NCBI RefSeq assembly: GCF_026210795.1
Contig: NC_089436.1
Span: 1,488,001 to 1,552,000, forward strand
Direction: 5' to 3'
Source of the DNA: Rhizophagus irregularis
Taxonomy: Eukaryota
Length of the DNA stretch: 64,000 nt
Positions 61,576 to 64,000 of this stretch are shown here, one piece after another; within the stretch, counting starts at the first letter, position 1; every line of letters begins with the position of its first letter. Made by a program: the position numbers and the translations under genes. The notes beneath the pieces were generated by a model. That model worked only from the letters and a program-made list of their open reading frames with translations. It did not search any database and was not told the origin of the DNA.

Positions 61576-62720
61576 TTAGTTTTCATCAAAGATCTTGATT
61601 GCCTTCGCCTGATCATAAGGTTGTCCTCTTTTTCGATAATTCACTATTGTATAGTTTTTTGCTGGGGAGGCATGGTTATCTGGCGAATGTCTTAATCCTT
61701 CACTGGCAATAGTCATAGCTTCTGATAAATTCTTTGCACCATGAGATACAACTGCAAATACTGCCTCTAATTTACGCAAAGAACTAGGAAGTAGTGGTTT
61801 GCCGGTTTCAGGAAGGAACTCATCTTTTTTCAGAAATGTATTGAACTACAACACTCCGGGCTTTCCAGGGTCTCATAACTGTCCAGAAGAAATCGCATCC
61901 TGAATCCATACAAGCAATTCTCTAGCTCGCTCCTCGTTCTTCTCTAGTGATCTAAATACTCGAGGAATGTCTTGTTGTCCTCGATTTTTTGCATATCCAG
62001 TTACACCTCCATTAGATATACGCAAGGTTTTTATTTCAGCAGGACGGATGCAGAGCATTATCGTTACATCGGCAAGGGCTTGTAAGCCAGGGGCTCTGGA
62101 TACATCATATATATCCAATCTCTCCTTAACTGATTCTAACGAGAAGTGGTCCGGAAAATCGATCCCTTCATCTTCACATTGTTTACTACGCTCCTTTTGG
62201 ATTTTATTAGCTGAGCGGGTTATGTCTGGAATCAATGTAGCTGAGATAATTTTTTCTGAGGCTTTGAGGTTTCGCAACTCTCTTCGAAGCCTAGAGATTC
62301 GTGATAAGCCAGCGCTAGCATTAGAAGCAGATTCAGCTAAGGCTTTTGCTATACTTTAACTTCTACTTCACTAAGATTATCCCGAATGATACGCTGGGCC
62401 AAATCTCTAATAGTCTCTTTCGGTGAAATTTGACATGTATTCACTGTGTCCGGTTCTACTTCTTGGGTGATATCGGGAGTATCAGGAGCATTGGGTAAGG
62501 CTCCTCCTTTTTTCCGACCAGCTGTTAGCTTAGGAATTAATGTAAATACCTGTTCTTCGCTAAAGTTGTATCCTTTTTTGAGACGTCGTCGTGCCTGATC
62601 CCTCTTAACTTTGTCCGTTAAAAGAATATCCAACGCCGGTGCGTGCTTACTTAGCTCTTCGATACTCATCTCGGTATTGAGCTCGTTTTCTGTTATATAT
62701 CTAGTAGCGATGCCAGCCAT
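61576..62720 (-). pseudogene. Tyrosine recombinase, protelomerase/telomere-resolvase-like; one frameshift and two stops
   Basis: Reconstructed order LCIRPAEI (R), VTGYAKNR (K), SSLRKL.AVFA (R), LRH (H), SPAKNY (Y). Frameshift near 62355, TGA at 61873-61875, TAG at 61846-61848. Confidence 0.65.
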
Positions 62721-63134
62721 GTTATTATTTGGTAATATGTAAGATATTTGGTTATACCTAGGTTGTTTGGTATATACTATGCGGAGAAAGTTCAATTCGA
62801 AAAAAAATAAATAATTCTCCCTATCTAAGGACTGCGGGAGAGGGTCGGAGGGGTTTCGGATGAACAAAAAAAGAATATTATAACTTCTGCGGGCTCTCTA
62901 TGAGGCCACGAACTCCAGCCGGAATAGCTTTTATATATATTTGAAAATTGCGGGTAGATAGGATATGCGAAAAAATAATAATAATTTGGGATTTTATATC
63001 GCCTAATTGTAAAGAACGAAAGTCCCATCCCTACTAATATTTCATAACCCACTCTTATTCGCTCTTTACCAAAGCATACCATTCTCTGCGCTTGCGCTGA
63101 ATATGCTTATATTTTTTGCCACTATTGGTCAAAC

Positions 63135-64000
63135 CTACCATAAGTAACCGTTCTCTTGGAGTATGCTAATACCTTTTTGCCACTCCTCATCATCATAAAC
63201 ATATGTCCGGGGCTTTCCCACATTCTCGAAGTTGCGGAGATATATTTCTTCACTTATTAATCTTTCCCTTCTAGACATCCAAAATATATCGTTTACGTCC
63301 ATACCGTCTGCTTTCGCAAAATCGACGGCATCTGCGTCCGACATCATCCTGTCTCGATATTCATGGAATAGTCTGATATCTTTTTCTGTGATGGTCACGA
63401 ATACGTCTGGGTCTTCACCATGATCGATAGCCCATTTCCTGAGGCGCTCTTCTCGCTCTTGTCTAGCCGGGGATGTGGAAGAAGCTTTTTTATTGCTAGG
63501 TTCGGGTTTATCTATTAGTGACTCAGGTGATTCGGAAGTCTTAGTACTCTCGGATGTCCCAGATGTTGAGGCGATTGGGGGTTCAGCTTTCTTATCTCTT
63601 GGAAGGAGATTCTCTTCTGGCTGGGGCGGGATTATTTTTGGAGGAATTATTTCTGGCATATTGAATATGGGTATGTCTGTGGCCTCGTTTGTGGGTAAGT
63701 CAGGTTGAGGTATGTCAGAAAATTCTTCGATATCACCTAAGCCAGATTCACGGAGCTTAGCTATGATCTTGGAGCGGTCAAGAATGTATTGCCATTCTCT
63801 TTTCCCACCACCTGTTTGCACTTGTTTGCTTTCAATACCAATTTCAGAAAACTTTTTTCCAGCAACTTTACTAGTCAATAGTTTTTCACCATTCTCTCCA
63901 CACCATTCAAGATACTTTTGATATAATGATGTACGACTTTGCGTGGATGTTCCACCCTCAGCCCTAGATGTAATATAGTCAATTATAAATCGAATGGGAC
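63135..64000 (-). CDS. C-terminal part of a D5-like primase/SF3 helicase (5' part outside window)
   Basis: Frame is open to the window edge: PIRFIIDY...RTSLYQKYLEWCGENGEK..TSKVAGKKFSEIGI...GGKREWQY, the pattern of the D5 C-terminal winged helix. Walker motifs are not visible in the window. Confidence 0.65.
   Translation of the reverse strand, partial: PIRFIIDYITSRAEGGTSTQSRTSLYQKYLEWCGENGEKLLTSKVAGKKFSEIGIESKQVQTGGGKREWQYILDRSKIIAKLRESGLGDIEEFSDIPQPDLPTNEATDIPIFNMPEIIPPKIIPPQPEENLLPRDKKAEPPIASTSGTSESTKTSESPESLIDKPEPSNKKASSTSPARQEREERLRKWAIDHGEDPDVFVTITEKDIRLFHEYRDRMMSDADAVDFAKADGMDVNDIFWMSRRERLISEEIYLRNFENVGKPRTYVYDDEEWQKGISILQENGYLW

Larger units (their letters stand above)
23029..64000. 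mobile_element. Large (>41 kb, right end outside window) endogenous virus-like / self-synthesising element
   Basis: Begins where the hAT transposase breaks. Contains intronless PolB, Gag-protease, integrase-nuclease, A32-like ATPase, tyrosine recombinase and D5-like genes plus cargo. The left boundary and the unity of the whole span are inferred. Confidence 0.7.

Noticed and set aside
26343..61875. Alternative genetic code explaining the in-frame stops
   Set aside because: All three stop codons appear internally, the same codons terminate intact genes, and frameshifts and MITE insertions show ordinary decay.
473..63921. Many short ORFs antisense to or overlapping the larger genes (e.g. 1641-1871, 28043-28267, 49341-49649, 57895-58323)
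   Set aside because: Shadow frames of real genes, with no independent motifs.

Overview
AT-rich, intron-containing eukaryotic DNA, most likely an arbuscular mycorrhizal fungus (Glomeromycota). That assignment is inferred from the BTB-TLDc and Crinkler-like nuclease families and the intron style. Bases 1-10 kb hold ordinary host genes: a NIPA-like transporter, a BTB-BACK-TLDc protein, an Rtc5-like TLDc protein and cytosolic glutamyl-tRNA synthetase. Bases 10-23 kb are nested DNA transposons, including a complete Mutator element with a 9-bp TSD and a hAT element whose transposase is cut off at ~23028. At that break sits a 50-bp spacerless palindrome, followed by a >41-kb virus-like region that runs off the window. 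Its intronless core encodes a family-B DNA polymerase resembling asfarvirus enzymes, a retrotransposon-type Gag plus aspartic protease with no reverse transcriptase, a Polinton-type integrase fused to a nuclease, an A32-like packaging ATPase, a protelomerase-like tyrosine recombinase and the C-terminus of a D5-like primase-helicase. About 20 kb of partly intron-containing cargo sits in the middle (Crinkler-like nucleases, Myb/SANT, coiled-coil proteins). This copy is decayed by stops, frameshifts and two hAT MITE insertions. All family assignments come from motifs read by eye; no searches were run.
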